Shown: positions 1-10,663 of the stretch, piece after piece | How the letters are laid out: every line of letters begins with the position of its first letter | How positions within the stretch are numbered: position 1 is the first letter of the stretch | Source of the DNA: Rhodobacter sp. | GTDB taxonomy: Bacteria > Pseudomonadota > Alphaproteobacteria > Rhodobacterales > Rhodobacteraceae | Length of the DNA stretch: 64,000 bases | Reading direction: 5' to 3' | Assembly: GCA_041738105.1 (NCBI GenBank) | Contig: JBGSQL010000092.1 | Span: forward strand, 14,420 to 78,419 | Program-made: the position numbers and the translations under genes | The notes under the pieces: model-generated | What the model saw: only the letters and a program-made list of their open reading frames with translations | Told to the model about the DNA's origin: nothing | Database searches by the model: none

Positions 1-1
1 T

Positions 2-505
2 GCTGCTATCGAGAGCGCGGCTGAGAACCTGAGCGACGGTGTGATCGCACCGGCGCTGTTCTTTCTTTTCTTCGGGTTGCCGGGGATCCTCGTCTACAAG
101 GTAGTCAACACGGCAGATAGCATGATCGGACACCGCACACCGCGACACGAGGCGTTTGGTTGGGCAGCTGCGCGGCTAGACGATGTTTTCAACTGGATCC
201 CGGCGCGTGTGACTGCGGCGCTGATCGCACTGACCCATGGAAAGATGGATCCGGCCCCGATCCTGCGCGATGCACCGCTGCACCGCTCGCCAAATGCGGG
301 CTGGCCCGAGGCGGCAATGGCCGTCGTACTTGATGTGTCCCTTTCTGGCCCGCGCAGCTACGGTGGGCAATGCCGTGATTTTCCTTGGGTCTGGCCGGAG
401 GGGCGCGAGAATGCAGGACCACGAGATATTGATGACGCCTGCAGCGCGTTGTGGCGCGCCTGGGCTGGTCTTTTGGCGATCACGGTGTTGATCGCCCTGT
501 TCTGA
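2..505 (+). CDS. cobD: Adenosylcobinamide-phosphate synthase CobD/CbiB, 5'-truncated by the window edge
   Basis: Frame open from base 2: [47 protein letters not shown] motifs. Confidence 0.93.
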   Translation, partial: AAIESAAENLSDGVIAPALFFLFFGLPGILVYKVVNTADSMIGHRTPRHEAFGWAAARLDDVFNWIPARVTAALIALTHGKMDPAPILRDAPLHRSPNAGWPEAAMAVVLDVSLSGPRSYGGQCRDFPWVWPEGRENAGPRDIDDACSALWRAWAGLLAITVLIALF

Positions 506-561
506 TGGTTGCGAGGACCCAATCGGCTGATAGAGTCGAGGCAAATGAAACGGAGCAGCCC

Positions 562-1731
562 ATGCGCATGATCACGCTCGCCTTGCTCGGCACGCTAGCG
601 TCGCCCGCTGTTGCGGCGCCTTGTGGTGGCGACTTCAAGGACTTCGTGCAGGCAATGAAGGCGGAAGCCGTGGCAGCTGGATATGCAAGCGAGACGGTCG
701 ATCGCTTCTTTTCCAAGGTGCGGCAAGATGCGCGCGCGCTGAAAGCCGACCGATCACAGGCGGTTTTCCTGAAGCCTTTCCTGGACTTCTCGAAAGCGCT
801 GATCAGCAAGAATCGACTTCAGGTCGGAACGGCAAAGAGTGACGAAATGGATGCCGTCTTTCGGACCGCCCTGCAAGATTATGGCGTTCCACGCGGGATT
901 CTCCTGGCATTCTGGGGCTTCGAGACGGATTTCGGGCAGGTGCAGGGTGACTTCAACACGGTCAATGCACTTGTCACATTGGGCCATGATTGCCGCAGAC
1001 CCGAATTGTTCCAGCCCCAGATCCTTGCTGCGATCACACTTTTCGAACGCGGAATGCTTGATCCTACCACGACAACCGGTGCCTGGGCTGGCGAGATCGG
1101 CATGGTTCAGATGCTGCCGGCAGACATCCTTGCCAATGGAGTTGACGGTGACGGTGACGGCACGATCACCTTGAAGACGTCAGCCCCGGATGCGCTGCTT
1201 TCTGCCGCGAACAAGCTCAGATCGCTAGGCTGGCGCCCCGGCGAGCCATGGCTGCAAGAAATCACACTGCCGGACGACTTCGACTGGTCTTTGACGGGCT
1301 TGGACAAAACCCTGTCGGTTGCAAGTTGGGCGAACCTTGGAGCGGCACCGATTTCTGGCGCGCTACCGGCGGATGAGATGCGCACCTCGGTGCTTTTGCC
1401 GCAAGGGCGCAAAGGGCCTGCCTTTTTCGCATACCCGAATTTTGACGTATTGTTCAACTGGAACAAGAGCTTCGTTTATGTGACGACCGCAGCCTATTTC
1501 GCGACCCGGTTGGAGGGCGCGCCCGCCTACACGCCGGGATCGCCTGAACCGGGATTGTCGGCAAAGGACATGGCACGCTTGCAGGAGAAACTCGTCGCGC
1601 GCGGCCATGAGGTGGGCAAGATCGACGGAATCCTGGGGGCACTGACGCGGGCCGCGGTGCAAAAGGAGCAAGTGCGCCTGGGTTTGCCCGCCGATGCCTG
1701 GCCGACGATGACGCTGTTGAACGCGCTTTGA
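562..1731 (+). CDS. Lytic murein transglycosylase (MltB/SLT_2 type) with C-terminal peptidoglycan-binding domain
   Basis: Signal peptide from ATG 562 (GGAG upstream); WGFETDFG, GAWAGEIGMVQ, YPNF..WNKS and DGILGALTRAAV motifs. Confidence 0.9.
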   Translation: MRMITLALLGTLASPAVAAPCGGDFKDFVQAMKAEAVAAGYASETVDRFFSKVRQDARALKADRSQAVFLKPFLDFSKALISKNRLQVGTAKSDEMDAVFRTALQDYGVPRGILLAFWGFETDFGQVQGDFNTVNALVTLGHDCRRPELFQPQILAAITLFERGMLDPTTTTGAWAGEIGMVQMLPADILANGVDGDGDGTITLKTSAPDALLSAANKLRSLGWRPGEPWLQEITLPDDFDWSLTGLDKTLSVASWANLGAAPISGALPADEMRTSVLLPQGRKGPAFFAYPNFDVLFNWNKSFVYVTTAAYFATRLEGAPAYTPGSPEPGLSAKDMARLQEKLVARGHEVGKIDGILGALTRAAVQKEQVRLGLPADAWPTMTLLNAL

Positions 1732-1795
1732 TGCCGAGGCAACGCCAGCCATGATCGGCCATGCGTCTGCCGGCTAACGCCGCCGCCAATAGCAT

Positions 1796-4700
1796 TCATG
1801 CGACCAGCGCTTCGGCCTTCTTCAGATCGACGCTGACCAATTGGCTCACGCCCTGCTCGACCATGGTAACGCCAAACAACCGGTCCATGCGCGACATCGT
1901 GACTGCGTGATGCGTGATGATCAGGAAACGTGTTTCGGTTCGGCGCGTCATCTCGTCCAGCAGATCGCAGAACCGCGTCACGTTGGCGTCGTCGAGTGGC
2001 GCATCGACCTCGTCCAGCACACAGATCGGCGCAGGGTTTGCCAAGAACACACCAAAGATCAGCGCCAGGGCCGTCAAGGTTTGTTCCCCGCCTGACAGCA
2101 AGGAGAGGGTTGCCAGCTTCTTGCCGGGCGGCTGGCACATGATTTCCAGCCCCGCCTCAAGCGGATCATCGCTTTCGACCAGCACCAGACGGGCCTCGCC
2201 GCCACCAAACAGATGCTTGAAGAGCGTCGAGAAATTGGCATTCACCTGCTCGAAGGCCGTCAGCAGGCGTTCCCGGCCTTCCCGGTTCAGACCGGCAATG
2301 CCCGACCTGAGACGCTTGATTGCTTCCTCCAGATCAATCTTTTCGCTTTTCAGACTGTCATATTCTTCCTGTACCGCTTTTGCATCTTCCTCGGCGCGAA
2401 GGTTCACAGCACCCAGAGCTTCGCGCTGCCGCTTCAAACGATTCACGTCGGCTTCGAGTGCAAGGGCGTCGGGCATCACCGCTGGGCCTGTATTCAGTGA
2501 GTGCAGCAATGCCTCTGGCGAGGATCCCGTCTCTTCCCGGATGCGCTCGGCGGCAGAACTCACCGCTCCCTTGGCGGCCTCGGCGAGAGCCTCGGCCCGA
2601 GCACGTGCTTCGCGCGCCTCTCCCCCAGCGCGCTCGGCTTCGCGCTCCGAAGCCTGGGCCGCACGCAGGGCTGCCTCTGCGTCTGCCAAGGCAACAACTG
2701 CTGCATGGCGCCTCGATTCAGCCTCGGCTATCGCTTTCGCAAGGGTCTCACGTTTGGCGGCAATCTCGGCAGGAAGCACAGCGGCCTCGGCCAAGGCCCG
2801 TTCAGCTTCAAGCCGACGCTCGCCCAATTCGACGGCGCGTTTCTCGGCCGTTTCGAGCCGATGGCGCCAACCCCAGATCTCCTTGACGATCTCTTGCCGA
2901 CGCCGGACGCGCGCCTCGCCCTCGCGGCGCAATTCATCATGTGCCGAGCGTCGGGTCATCATCGCGATCCGGGCGGCCTCGACAGCGGTCTTGACTTGCT
3001 CGACCTCTGCCCGTGCTGCGCCAAGGTCAGCCAGACCCGCCGCAGCTTCTTCAGCCTCGCGCAGGGCTGTTCGAGCGGCCATTGCCTCGTCGTCAAAACG
3101 GGCCACGGCCAATCTGGCCGCCTCGAGCTTGCCTGTCGAAATCGACCGATCTGCTTCTGCACGCGCCAGGATCCGGCTTACCTCGGTAACGCGCTGGTCA
3201 GCAGCCCTTCGGGCATCGCGCGCCATTTGATCGGCGCGGGCCAAATCTGCAAGGCGGCGCTGCAACGCCTCGTGCGCTTGCCGTGCGCCTTCCGCTCGGG
3301 CGGCAGCATCTTCGAGATCGCGCTTCAACCCGACCAGGCGGTTCAACTGTTGCAGGCGCAGGGCGGCCGCCGACGGCGATTCCTCGGCGGCGACGCGGAA
3401 ACCGTCCCATCGCCAGAGGTCGCCCTCTTGGCTGACAAGACGCTGACCGGGCCGAAGCGCCGCCTGAAGTTCCGACCCCTTGTCCCGGGGGACAAGGCCG
3501 ATCTGGCTGATCCGGCGGTGAAGCACATCCGGCACGGTGACAAAGGCAACAAGGGGCTCGGCGCCATCGGGAAGCTGCTGCAGGGCGGCATAGCCCTGCA
3601 AGACCACCCATCCAGACCGCTTCGTCGCATCGATTACCGGTGCACGCAGGTCGTCAGCCAGTGCGGCGCCCAGCGCCTTTTCATAGCCGGGCGTCACCGC
3701 AATACGATCCAGCAGCTGCGAACCTGCATGCGTTTCGCGATCCATCAGCTTTGTCAGTGCCGCAACCTCGGCCCGCAGAGCGTTTGCTTCCCCTTCGGCT
3801 TCGGATCGCGCGGCACGGGCCTCGGCTTCGCGGCTTTGCGCGTCGGCCCGGGCCACCTCGGCCTCGGCCAGTGCCGCTTCGGTATCGGCCGCAAGCGCAT
3901 GCGCCGCCCCCTGAGCGGCTTCCGCCGTCTCGAATGCCTCGGCTGCAGCCGCCAGCGCCTTTTCTGCCATGCCCGCTGCTTCGCGCGAACGGGTGGCCTC
4001 GGTCTCCGCCTTTTGAAGCGTGGTCCGTGTATCACCGACGAGACGCTCTACCGAATGATGTCGCGCAGCGAGACGCGCCATATCTTCCGTGACTTCTGCT
4101 TGCGCCGTCTCGCGGTCGGAAAGGATCGCCCCGGCCTCGCGCGCGCTGCCGGCTGCCTCGGCAAGGCGCGCCTCATGCCCTTCCTGTGCCTGGGCGATCT
4201 GGGTCTGTTCCCACTCCAGTCGCGCAATGGTCTCGACAGCATCGTGATTCAGGCCCGCCTCGCGTTCAAGGTCGCGGCCAAGCTGCTCGATGCGTCCGCG
4301 AAGCGTGTCAATCCGGGCCTGCGCCTGCACCTCTTGATCAGCCAGTTGATCGCGGCTGACCAGCAATCTTTGCAGGAGCGCCGCCGCGATGGCCTCCTCT
4401 TCACGCCGGGGGGGTAGTGCGTCTTCCGTCAAGGCGCGCGCCTGACCTGCGGCCCGCGCCGCGGCTTCTGCCCTTGATGCGGCGACGATCCTTTCCCGCA
4501 GTGCTGCATCTGCGGCCGCACGTCCGTCGTCCGCTTCACGCCAGCGCCGGAACAACAGCATACCCTCGGACCGGCGCAATTCCTCACCGATTTCGCGATA
4601 TCGAGCGGCTTGCCGAGCTTGCCGCGCGAGCGCCCCGAGTTGCTGCGCGAGCGCCTCTATCACGTCGTCGATGCGCGTGAGGTTGGTCTCGGTCGCCTGT

Positions 4701-5251
4701 AGGCGCAACTCTGCCTCGTGGCGCCGCTGATAAAGACCCGAAATGCCAGCCGCTTCTTCCAGAATGCGGCGACGGTTCTTGGGTTTTGCGTTGATCAGTT
4801 CCGAGATCTGTCCCTGCCGCACAAGCGCGGGCGACTGCGCGCCTGTCGAGGCATCCGCAAACAGCATCTGGATATCGCGCGCCCGCACGTCCTTGGCGTT
4901 CGCCTTGTATGCGCTGCCAGCGTCGCGGGTGATCCGTCGGACAATCTCGATCTGGTCCTGATCGTTGAAGCCTGAAGGTGCCAGACGATCGGAATTGTCG
5001 ATCACGATCGAAACTTCTGCGAAATTCCGCGCGCCGCGCGTGGCTGCCCCTGCAAATATCACGTCGTCCATGCCTCCGCCGCGCATTGCGGTTGGACGGT
5101 TCTCACCCATGACCCAACGCATTGCCTCAAGCAGATTGGACTTGCCGCAACCGTTCGGCCCGACAACGCCCGTCAGGCCCGGATGAATCACCAGATCCGT
5201 CGGGTCGACGAAGCTTTTGAAGCCGTTGAGCCGTAGCCGGGTAAAGCGCAC
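1796..5251 (-). CDS. smc: Chromosome segregation protein SMC
   Basis: GFKSF, Walker A GPNGCGKS, long coiled coils with hinge, LSGGEQ signature, LDEVDAPLD; start taken as GTG 5251 (MRFTRLRL). Confidence 0.97.
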   Translation of the reverse strand: MRFTRLRLNGFKSFVDPTDLVIHPGLTGVVGPNGCGKSNLLEAMRWVMGENRPTAMRGGGMDDVIFAGAATRGARNFAEVSIVIDNSDRLAPSGFNDQDQIEIVRRITRDAGSAYKANAKDVRARDIQMLFADASTGAQSPALVRQGQISELINAKPKNRRRILEEAAGISGLYQRRHEAELRLQATETNLTRIDDVIEALAQQLGALARQARQAARYREIGEELRRSEGMLLFRRWREADDGRAAADAALRERIVAASRAEAAARAAGQARALTEDALPPRREEEAIAAALLQRLLVSRDQLADQEVQAQARIDTLRGRIEQLGRDLEREAGLNHDAVETIARLEWEQTQIAQAQEGHEARLAEAAGSAREAGAILSDRETAQAEVTEDMARLAARHHSVERLVGDTRTTLQKAETEATRSREAAGMAEKALAAAAEAFETAEAAQGAAHALAADTEAALAEAEVARADAQSREAEARAARSEAEGEANALRAEVAALTKLMDRETHAGSQLLDRIAVTPGYEKALGAALADDLRAPVIDATKRSGWVVLQGYAALQQLPDGAEPLVAFVTVPDVLHRRISQIGLVPRDKGSELQAALRPGQRLVSQEGDLWRWDGFRVAAEESPSAAALRLQQLNRLVGLKRDLEDAAARAEGARQAHEALQRRLADLARADQMARDARRAADQRVTEVSRILARAEADRSISTGKLEAARLAVARFDDEAMAARTALREAEEAAAGLADLGAARAEVEQVKTAVEAARIAMMTRRSAHDELRREGEARVRRRQEIVKEIWGWRHRLETAEKRAVELGERRLEAERALAEAAVLPAEIAAKRETLAKAIAEAESRRHAAVVALADAEAALRAAQASEREAERAGGEAREARARAEALAEAAKGAVSSAAERIREETGSSPEALLHSLNTGPAVMPDALALEADVNRLKRQREALGAVNLRAEEDAKAVQEEYDSLKSEKIDLEEAIKRLRSGIAGLNREGRERLLTAFEQVNANFSTLFKHLFGGGEARLVLVESDDPLEAGLEIMCQPPGKKLATLSLLSGGEQTLTALALIFGVFLANPAPICVLDEVDAPLDDANVTRFCDLLDEMTRRTETRFLIITHHAVTMSRMDRLFGVTMVEQGVSQLVSVDLKKAEALVA

Positions 5252-5321
5252 CTGCAATCCTTTCACCTGATTCCGGCGGGGTAGTTTATGGTCGCATTCG
5301 GACGACCTGAGTCAACAAAAT

Positions 5322-5368
5322 TGACACGATGTGGCGATTTCCTAGCCTCGGCACCCAACATCTAGGCC
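5322..5368. promoter_or_regulatory. Candidate tandem NrdR-type boxes upstream of smc
   Basis: TGACACGATGTGGCGA (5322) and ACCCAACATCTAGGCC (5353) start 31 bp apart and resemble acaCwAtATaTwGtgt; a minus-strand TTGACT -35 lies just on the smc side. Confidence 0.5.
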
Positions 5369-5372
5369 AAGC

Positions 5373-6392
5373 TTAGTCGAACGTTCCCGTTACGCGCCCA
5401 AACAGCATGAACGCGCGTGCGGTGCGCGTTTCCGCCAGTTCGCTGACCTCTTGATCTGTGGCGTTCCTCTCGAACTCTTGAAAAGTTCGGTCGAACTGGC
5501 GCAAGAAGTGATGGGCGGCGTCGCGAAAGACGGTATCTTCCCGCATCCGTCCGGCAGTCAGAGCGAGGCTCGACCGGTCGCGAACTCCGCCCAGGCCAGC
5601 GATCGATCGACCCCGTTCACCCTGTGCAAAGCGGCGCCAAACCTCGGGCTTGGCACGGTCCGGCTTGAGGTCGTCCATATAGATACCATCCTGACTGAGC
5701 AGGGTCAGGACATCCTGTGCGGCTCGGATCAGCTTGGAAGTTCGGCGATCTTCGAGGGCAAGGCGCAAGGCTCGGAATCCTGGCTTGTCCTCCGGCGACT
5801 CAGGGAAATTGAGCGCCCGGATGAAATCGGCAACAGACAGGGGCGGACGCAGATCCTCGGCCGGCGTTCCAAGCGCAAGCACAGGCTGTTCATCTGCCTC
5901 GGAGGCTCGGGGAAGGACAAGAGCCGCCTTTTTGTCTGCGGAAGGGACGGTCTGGGTGGGATCGCGTCGCGTCACGAAAGTCGCAAGGACCTGCTCGGTC
6001 TGGCGTTGCGCCGCAGCAAGCTCGTCGAGCTTTTTCTCGACGGATGGTTTCAACCCTACCGCCGCGGCCTGGCTTTGGGCGACATAGGCGTTGCGCATCG
6101 CGTCAACCGCAGCCTGCAATCGTGCTGCCTCGTCGCGCAGATTTCGAATGGCACGTGAGGTTGTTGCAGCAACCCAGATGAGCGCGAGGGGCAGAAACAC
6201 GACCAATGCTGTCATTACAAGGCCGAGCGGCCCCGTCTCGCCAGGCGAGAAGATCATGTAGGCGGCAACCGATGCAATCCAGACGAGGCAGAGCAGCGCC
6301 GCCACAAAGTCTGTTCCACTGGGGCCGTGCGCCTCTGCGGGGCGGGGATAGCGGCCCAGATCAATCGCTTTGTCCTCGTTCCCATCAGCCAT
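5373..6392 (-). CDS. Conserved membrane protein: two TM helices, short coiled coil, helical C-terminal domain (GPR/RgsE/TipN-like by inspection)
   Basis: 339-aa ORF directly downstream of greA; hydrophobic segments at about aa 29-48 and 56-77; family link is inference. Confidence 0.8.
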   Translation of the reverse strand: MADGNEDKAIDLGRYPRPAEAHGPSGTDFVAALLCLVWIASVAAYMIFSPGETGPLGLVMTALVVFLPLALIWVAATTSRAIRNLRDEAARLQAAVDAMRNAYVAQSQAAAVGLKPSVEKKLDELAAAQRQTEQVLATFVTRRDPTQTVPSADKKAALVLPRASEADEQPVLALGTPAEDLRPPLSVADFIRALNFPESPEDKPGFRALRLALEDRRTSKLIRAAQDVLTLLSQDGIYMDDLKPDRAKPEVWRRFAQGERGRSIAGLGGVRDRSSLALTAGRMREDTVFRDAAHHFLRQFDRTFQEFERNATDQEVSELAETRTARAFMLFGRVTGTFD

Positions 6393-6422
6393 CGCGATAT
6401 TCCGATCCCCTGTCCTGCCCTG

Positions 6423-6893
6423 TCAGACAAAGCGGACGCTGACCACCTCATAGCTGCGCTGGCCGCCCGGCGTCTTGACGTCGACCATATCGCCTTCATC
6501 CTTTCCGATCAGCGCGCGTGCAAGCGGCGACCGGATATTCAGAAGACCACGCTCGATATCCGCCTCAGTTTCTCCAACGATCTGATAGGTGCGGGCTTCG
6601 CCACTGTCTTCATCGACCAACTCGACCGTCGCACCAAACTTGATCGCACCTGAAAGCTTTGACGGATCAATTACCTCGGCCCGAGAAAGAACGGCCTCGA
6701 GTTCCTTTATTCGGCCTTCGATGAAGCTCTGCTTTTCCCGCGCGGCATGATACTCGGCGTTCTCTGAAAGGTCACCATGTTCACGCGCTTCGGCAATCGC
6801 ACGGATTACTGCGGGACGTTCCACCGACTTCAAGATCTTCAGTTCTTCATCTAGCGCGGCGTGGCCTGCGCGGGTCATGGGAATCTTTTCCAT
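6423..6893 (-). CDS. greA: Transcription elongation factor GreA
   Basis: [30 protein letters not shown]. Confidence 0.98.
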   Translation of the reverse strand: MEKIPMTRAGHAALDEELKILKSVERPAVIRAIAEAREHGDLSENAEYHAAREKQSFIEGRIKELEAVLSRAEVIDPSKLSGAIKFGATVELVDEDSGEARTYQIVGETEADIERGLLNIRSPLARALIGKDEGDMVDVKTPGGQRSYEVVSVRFV

Positions 6894-6914
6894 CGGCCTT
6901 CCACATCAAACACA

Positions 6915-6947
6915 CAGCGCCACGGCCCGGTCTGGGCCACGGCGCTG
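6915..6947 (-). promoter_or_regulatory. Hairpin in greA 5' leader (possible attenuator)
   Basis: Minus strand CAGCGCCGTGGCCC-AGACC-GGGCCGTGGCGCTG, 14-bp stem with two G-U pairs, followed by TGTGTTTG. Confidence 0.5.
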
Positions 6948-7157
6948 AACCTCGGTCAAGGTTCACCTGACCGCACCCAACCAGCAATTGCAAGTGCTAT
7001 GCACCCGGCAGCAAAAGGATGCAGACACGCGCTGACGTGCCGCAGTGCGGCGCCAGGATGTTGCGTCACGATTGACCCCAGGACCTGGTTCGGGCAAAGC
7101 CACGCAGGAACGGAAAAGCGAGCGGGCTGACACGCCCGACGACAAAGGGAGATCGGC

Positions 7158-8813
7158 ATGTCGGATGAGATCGAACGCGAAGCGATGGACTATGACATTG
7201 TCATAGTGGGCGCTGGGCCGTCGGGATTGGCTGCCGCGATCCGGTTGAAGCAACTGGATCCGGATCTTTCGGTGGTGTTGCTGGAGAAGGGATCTGAAAT
7301 CGGCGCGCACATCCTTTCGGGTGCGGTGCTGGACCCTTCGGGCCTTGACGCGCTGATCCCCGATTGGAAGGAAAAGGGCGCGCCTGTTTCTGTCCCCGTC
7401 ATCGAGGACAACTTCTTTTTCATCGGTCCGGCCGGCGGACTTCGGATTCCGAACTGGCCGATGCCACCCCTCATGTCGAACCACGGCAATTACATTGTCA
7501 GCATGGCGAATGTCTGCCGGTGGCTTGGTCAGCAGGCTGAGGCACTGGGAGTAGAGATTTTTCCAGGAATGTCCTGCTCTGCGCTCGTCTACGGCGACAA
7601 GGGTGAGGTGGCGGGCGTGGTCGCGGGTGAATTCGGCCGCCTCCACGATGGCACACCGGGCCCGAACTACGAACCCGGGCTGGAACTGCGCGGAAAGTAT
7701 GTTCTGCTTGCCGAAGGCGTGCGCGGTTCCTTGACAAAGCAGGTGATCGCCAAGTTCGACCTGTCCAACGGGAAGGATCCGCAGAAGTTCGGTCTCGGGA
7801 TGAAGGAAATCTGGCAGGTCGATCCTGAAAAACACCGCGAGGGTACGATCACACATACAATGGGCTGGCCGCTGGGCAAGAACGCTGGCGGAGGGTCTTT
7901 CGTCTATCATGCGGCGAACAACGAGGTTCACCTGGGATTCGTCGTTCACCTGAACTACGAGAACCCGCACCTCTACCCCTACATGGAATTTCAGCGATTC
8001 AAGCACCATCCCATGATTGCCGAGTTACTGAAGGGCGGCAAGCGCGTCGCCTACGGCGCGCGGGCGATCAGCGAAGGCGGCTGGCAATCGATCCCGAAGA
8101 TGGTCTTTCCTGGTGGCGCGCTGCTGGGATGCTCGGCTGGTCTAGTGAACGTGCCGCGGATCAAGGGCAACCACAACGCGATGCTGTCGGGCAAGGCCGC
8201 GGCTGAGGCCGCGCATGCAGCGATCAAGGCGGGCAGATCAGGCGATGAACTGACCGCCTACGAGGCGGGCGTGCGCAGTGGTCCGATCGGCAAGGACCTG
8301 CGTCGCGTCCGCAACGTCAAGCCGCTCTGGTCAAGGTACGGACTGACCGCCTCGCTCGTGCTTGGGGGGATTGACATGTGGACGAACAGTTTGTTCGGGC
8401 TTTCGGTCTTTGGCACGTTGAAACACGGCAAATCGGATGCAGAGGCCACAGGCAAGGCGAGAGATCATGCGCCGATAGACTATCCCAAGCCGGACGGTGT
8501 GCTGTCCTTCGATCGGCTTACGAACGTGGCTTTCAGCTTTACCAACCATGAAGAAAGCCAACCCGCGCATCTGACCTTGAAGGACGCGACGGTGCCGATC
8601 CGCGTGAACCTGCCGGAATACGCAGAGCCAGCACAGCGCTATTGCCCCGCAGGTGTCTACGAAGTGGTGGCAGAGCCCGCAAAAGAACCGCGCTTCGTGA
8701 TCAACTTTCAGAACTGCGTGCATTGCAAGACTTGCGACATCAAGGATCCGAGTCAGAACATTGTCTGGGTCACGCCGCAGGGTGGCGATGGACCGAACTA
8801 TCCGAACATGTGA
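7158..8813 (+). CDS. Electron transfer flavoprotein-ubiquinone oxidoreductase
   Basis: IVGAGPSGL FAD motif, GAHILSGA, C-terminal CPAGVYE and NCVHCKTCDIKDP 4Fe-4S motif. Confidence 0.97.
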   Translation: MSDEIEREAMDYDIVIVGAGPSGLAAAIRLKQLDPDLSVVLLEKGSEIGAHILSGAVLDPSGLDALIPDWKEKGAPVSVPVIEDNFFFIGPAGGLRIPNWPMPPLMSNHGNYIVSMANVCRWLGQQAEALGVEIFPGMSCSALVYGDKGEVAGVVAGEFGRLHDGTPGPNYEPGLELRGKYVLLAEGVRGSLTKQVIAKFDLSNGKDPQKFGLGMKEIWQVDPEKHREGTITHTMGWPLGKNAGGGSFVYHAANNEVHLGFVVHLNYENPHLYPYMEFQRFKHHPMIAELLKGGKRVAYGARAISEGGWQSIPKMVFPGGALLGCSAGLVNVPRIKGNHNAMLSGKAAAEAAHAAIKAGRSGDELTAYEAGVRSGPIGKDLRRVRNVKPLWSRYGLTASLVLGGIDMWTNSLFGLSVFGTLKHGKSDAEATGKARDHAPIDYPKPDGVLSFDRLTNVAFSFTNHEESQPAHLTLKDATVPIRVNLPEYAEPAQRYCPAGVYEVVAEPAKEPRFVINFQNCVHCKTCDIKDPSQNIVWVTPQGGDGPNYPNM

Positions 8814-8899
8814 CATTTGCGCGAGTGGCGGCCTTGCGAGAGCTTGGCCGGTGCCGCGTGCATGGACACGGGAGGGGCACAGGGCTAGCTTGACTGAAA

Positions 8900-10663
8900 A
8901 TGTCCGGAGGCCCTCATTTGTCCCTGATCCGCCCTCTTCATGCCCTTGTATTGGCAGCGCTGGTTTGCTCAGGCCCTGCCGCCGCAAACGAGGGCGATGC
9001 CGGAGCGTACCTTGCCGCCCGTTCAGCCGTGATGGCCGGGGACTACAAGGATGCAACAACATGGTTTACCCGGGCGTTGATTGCGGACCCCAGTAATCGG
9101 CAACTGCTTGACGGGGCTTTGATCGGACGGATTTCTCTTGGGGATTTTGACGGCGCGATCCCAATTGCGCAGCGTCTCAGTCAACTTGACGGCAACAGCA
9201 CCGCCGCGAACCTGACGTTGATGGCCGATCAGGCCAAACGTGGGGCCTTTGAAGATTTTCTGAAAGACCAAGCTGCCGGGCGCAGTGTCAACCAGGCCGT
9301 CGATGCGCTGACAAACGCGTGGGCGGAGCTTGGCGCAGGTCGGATGTCAGAAGCGCTGGAAGGGTTTGACAAGATCGCCGAGCTTCAAGGGCTCAGGGCC
9401 TTCGCGTTGTATCACAAAGCTCTGGCTCTGGCGTCGGTTGGTGATTTCGAAAGCGCAGATGAGATCCTTTCAGGTGATCTGCGGGTTCTTCGGCGTGGCG
9501 TGATCGCGCGCGCGCAGATCCTGAGCCAACTGGAACGGAATGACGATGCGCTCGCTTTGCTCGAGCGCGAGTTCGAGACAGAGCAGGATCCGATGATCGA
9601 AGCGCTGCGCCTGAAGCTGGAAGCAGGCGAAGCGATACCTTTCGACATCGTTCGAAACCCTACCGATGGCCTTGCCGAGGTTTTCTACACCATCGGAGTT
9701 GCCTTGAATGGCGAAGCGGCAGACGGGTACACCTTGATCTATGCCCGCGTCGCCACCTACCTGCGTCCGGACCATCTTGATGCAATATTGCTTGCGGCTG
9801 GCCTTCTTCAGCAGCAAGGGCAGCCTGCACTGGCGATTGAAACCTATTCACTGATTTCGTCCGATCACCCGGCGTTTTATGCGGCCGAGATCGGGCGCGC
9901 CGATTCTCTTGCCATCATGGGCGATACAGATGGCGCCATAGCGACGCTTGAATCCCTTGCCGAAACACGTGGCGACCTGATGATGGTGCACCTTGCGCTT
10001 GGGGATCTGTTGCGCAAGCAGGATCGCTTTGACGAGGCATCAAAAGCTTACGACCGTGCGATCGAGCGCATTGGCACCATAGATCAACGCCACTGGGTCA
10101 TCCTTTACAGCCGCGGCATAACGCATGAGCGTTCAAAGCGATGGGAGTTGGCAGACAAGGATTTTCGCCAAGCCCTCGAATTGAACCCTGATCAGCCTCT
10201 GGTGTTGAACTATCTTGGCTATTCGCTTGTTGAACGAGGGGAAAAACTGGATGAGGCGCAAGGCATGATAGAGCGTGCCGTCGCAGCCCAACCCGACAGC
10301 GGCTACATCATCGACAGCCTCGCCTGGGCCTTGTTCAAGCTTGGCCGGTTTGACGAGGCCCTCGAACCGATGGAACGCGCCTCGCTGCTGGAGCCGGTAG
10401 ATCCAATCGTAACCGATCACTTAGGCGATGTTTACTGGGCCGTGGGACGCAAGCTGGAGGCCGAGTTTCAGTGGCATCGCGCACTCTCGTTCGAGCCGGA
10501 ACAGGCAGAAGCGGACCGGATTCGTCGTAAACTTGAGATTGGACTGGATGCCGTGCTGCTGGAAGACGGCGAGACGCCCCTTGATGCGCGTCGAGCAGCC
10601 GCCGATGCGCTCTCAACTACCCAAGAAGACGCGGGGGGCGAGGCGAGCACGAATGGCAATTGA
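8900..10663 (+). CDS. Exported tetratricopeptide repeat protein
   Basis: Signal peptide, GAYLAAR, TPR units, [23 protein letters not shown]; usual position upstream of ispE; exact start uncertain. Confidence 0.9.
   Translation: MSGGPHLSLIRPLHALVLAALVCSGPAAANEGDAGAYLAARSAVMAGDYKDATTWFTRALIADPSNRQLLDGALIGRISLGDFDGAIPIAQRLSQLDGNSTAANLTLMADQAKRGAFEDFLKDQAAGRSVNQAVDALTNAWAELGAGRMSEALEGFDKIAELQGLRAFALYHKALALASVGDFESADEILSGDLRVLRRGVIARAQILSQLERNDDALALLEREFETEQDPMIEALRLKLEAGEAIPFDIVRNPTDGLAEVFYTIGVALNGEAADGYTLIYARVATYLRPDHLDAILLAAGLLQQQGQPALAIETYSLISSDHPAFYAAEIGRADSLAIMGDTDGAIATLESLAETRGDLMMVHLALGDLLRKQDRFDEASKAYDRAIERIGTIDQRHWVILYSRGITHERSKRWELADKDFRQALELNPDQPLVLNYLGYSLVERGEKLDEAQGMIERAVAAQPDSGYIIDSLAWALFKLGRFDEALEPMERASLLEPVDPIVTDHLGDVYWAVGRKLEAEFQWHRALSFEPEQAEADRIRRKLEIGLDAVLLEDGETPLDARRAAADALSTTQEDAGGEASTNGN

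Noticed and set aside
1454-1795. ORF starting right after the smc stop (MLLAAALAG...)
   Set aside because: Runs antisense into the transglycosylase gene after about 20 codons; at most an eroded remnant, not supportable
1914-4417. 438-aa and 638-aa plus-strand ORFs
   Set aside because: Antisense to the Ala/Glu/Arg-rich coiled coil of smc; compositional artefacts
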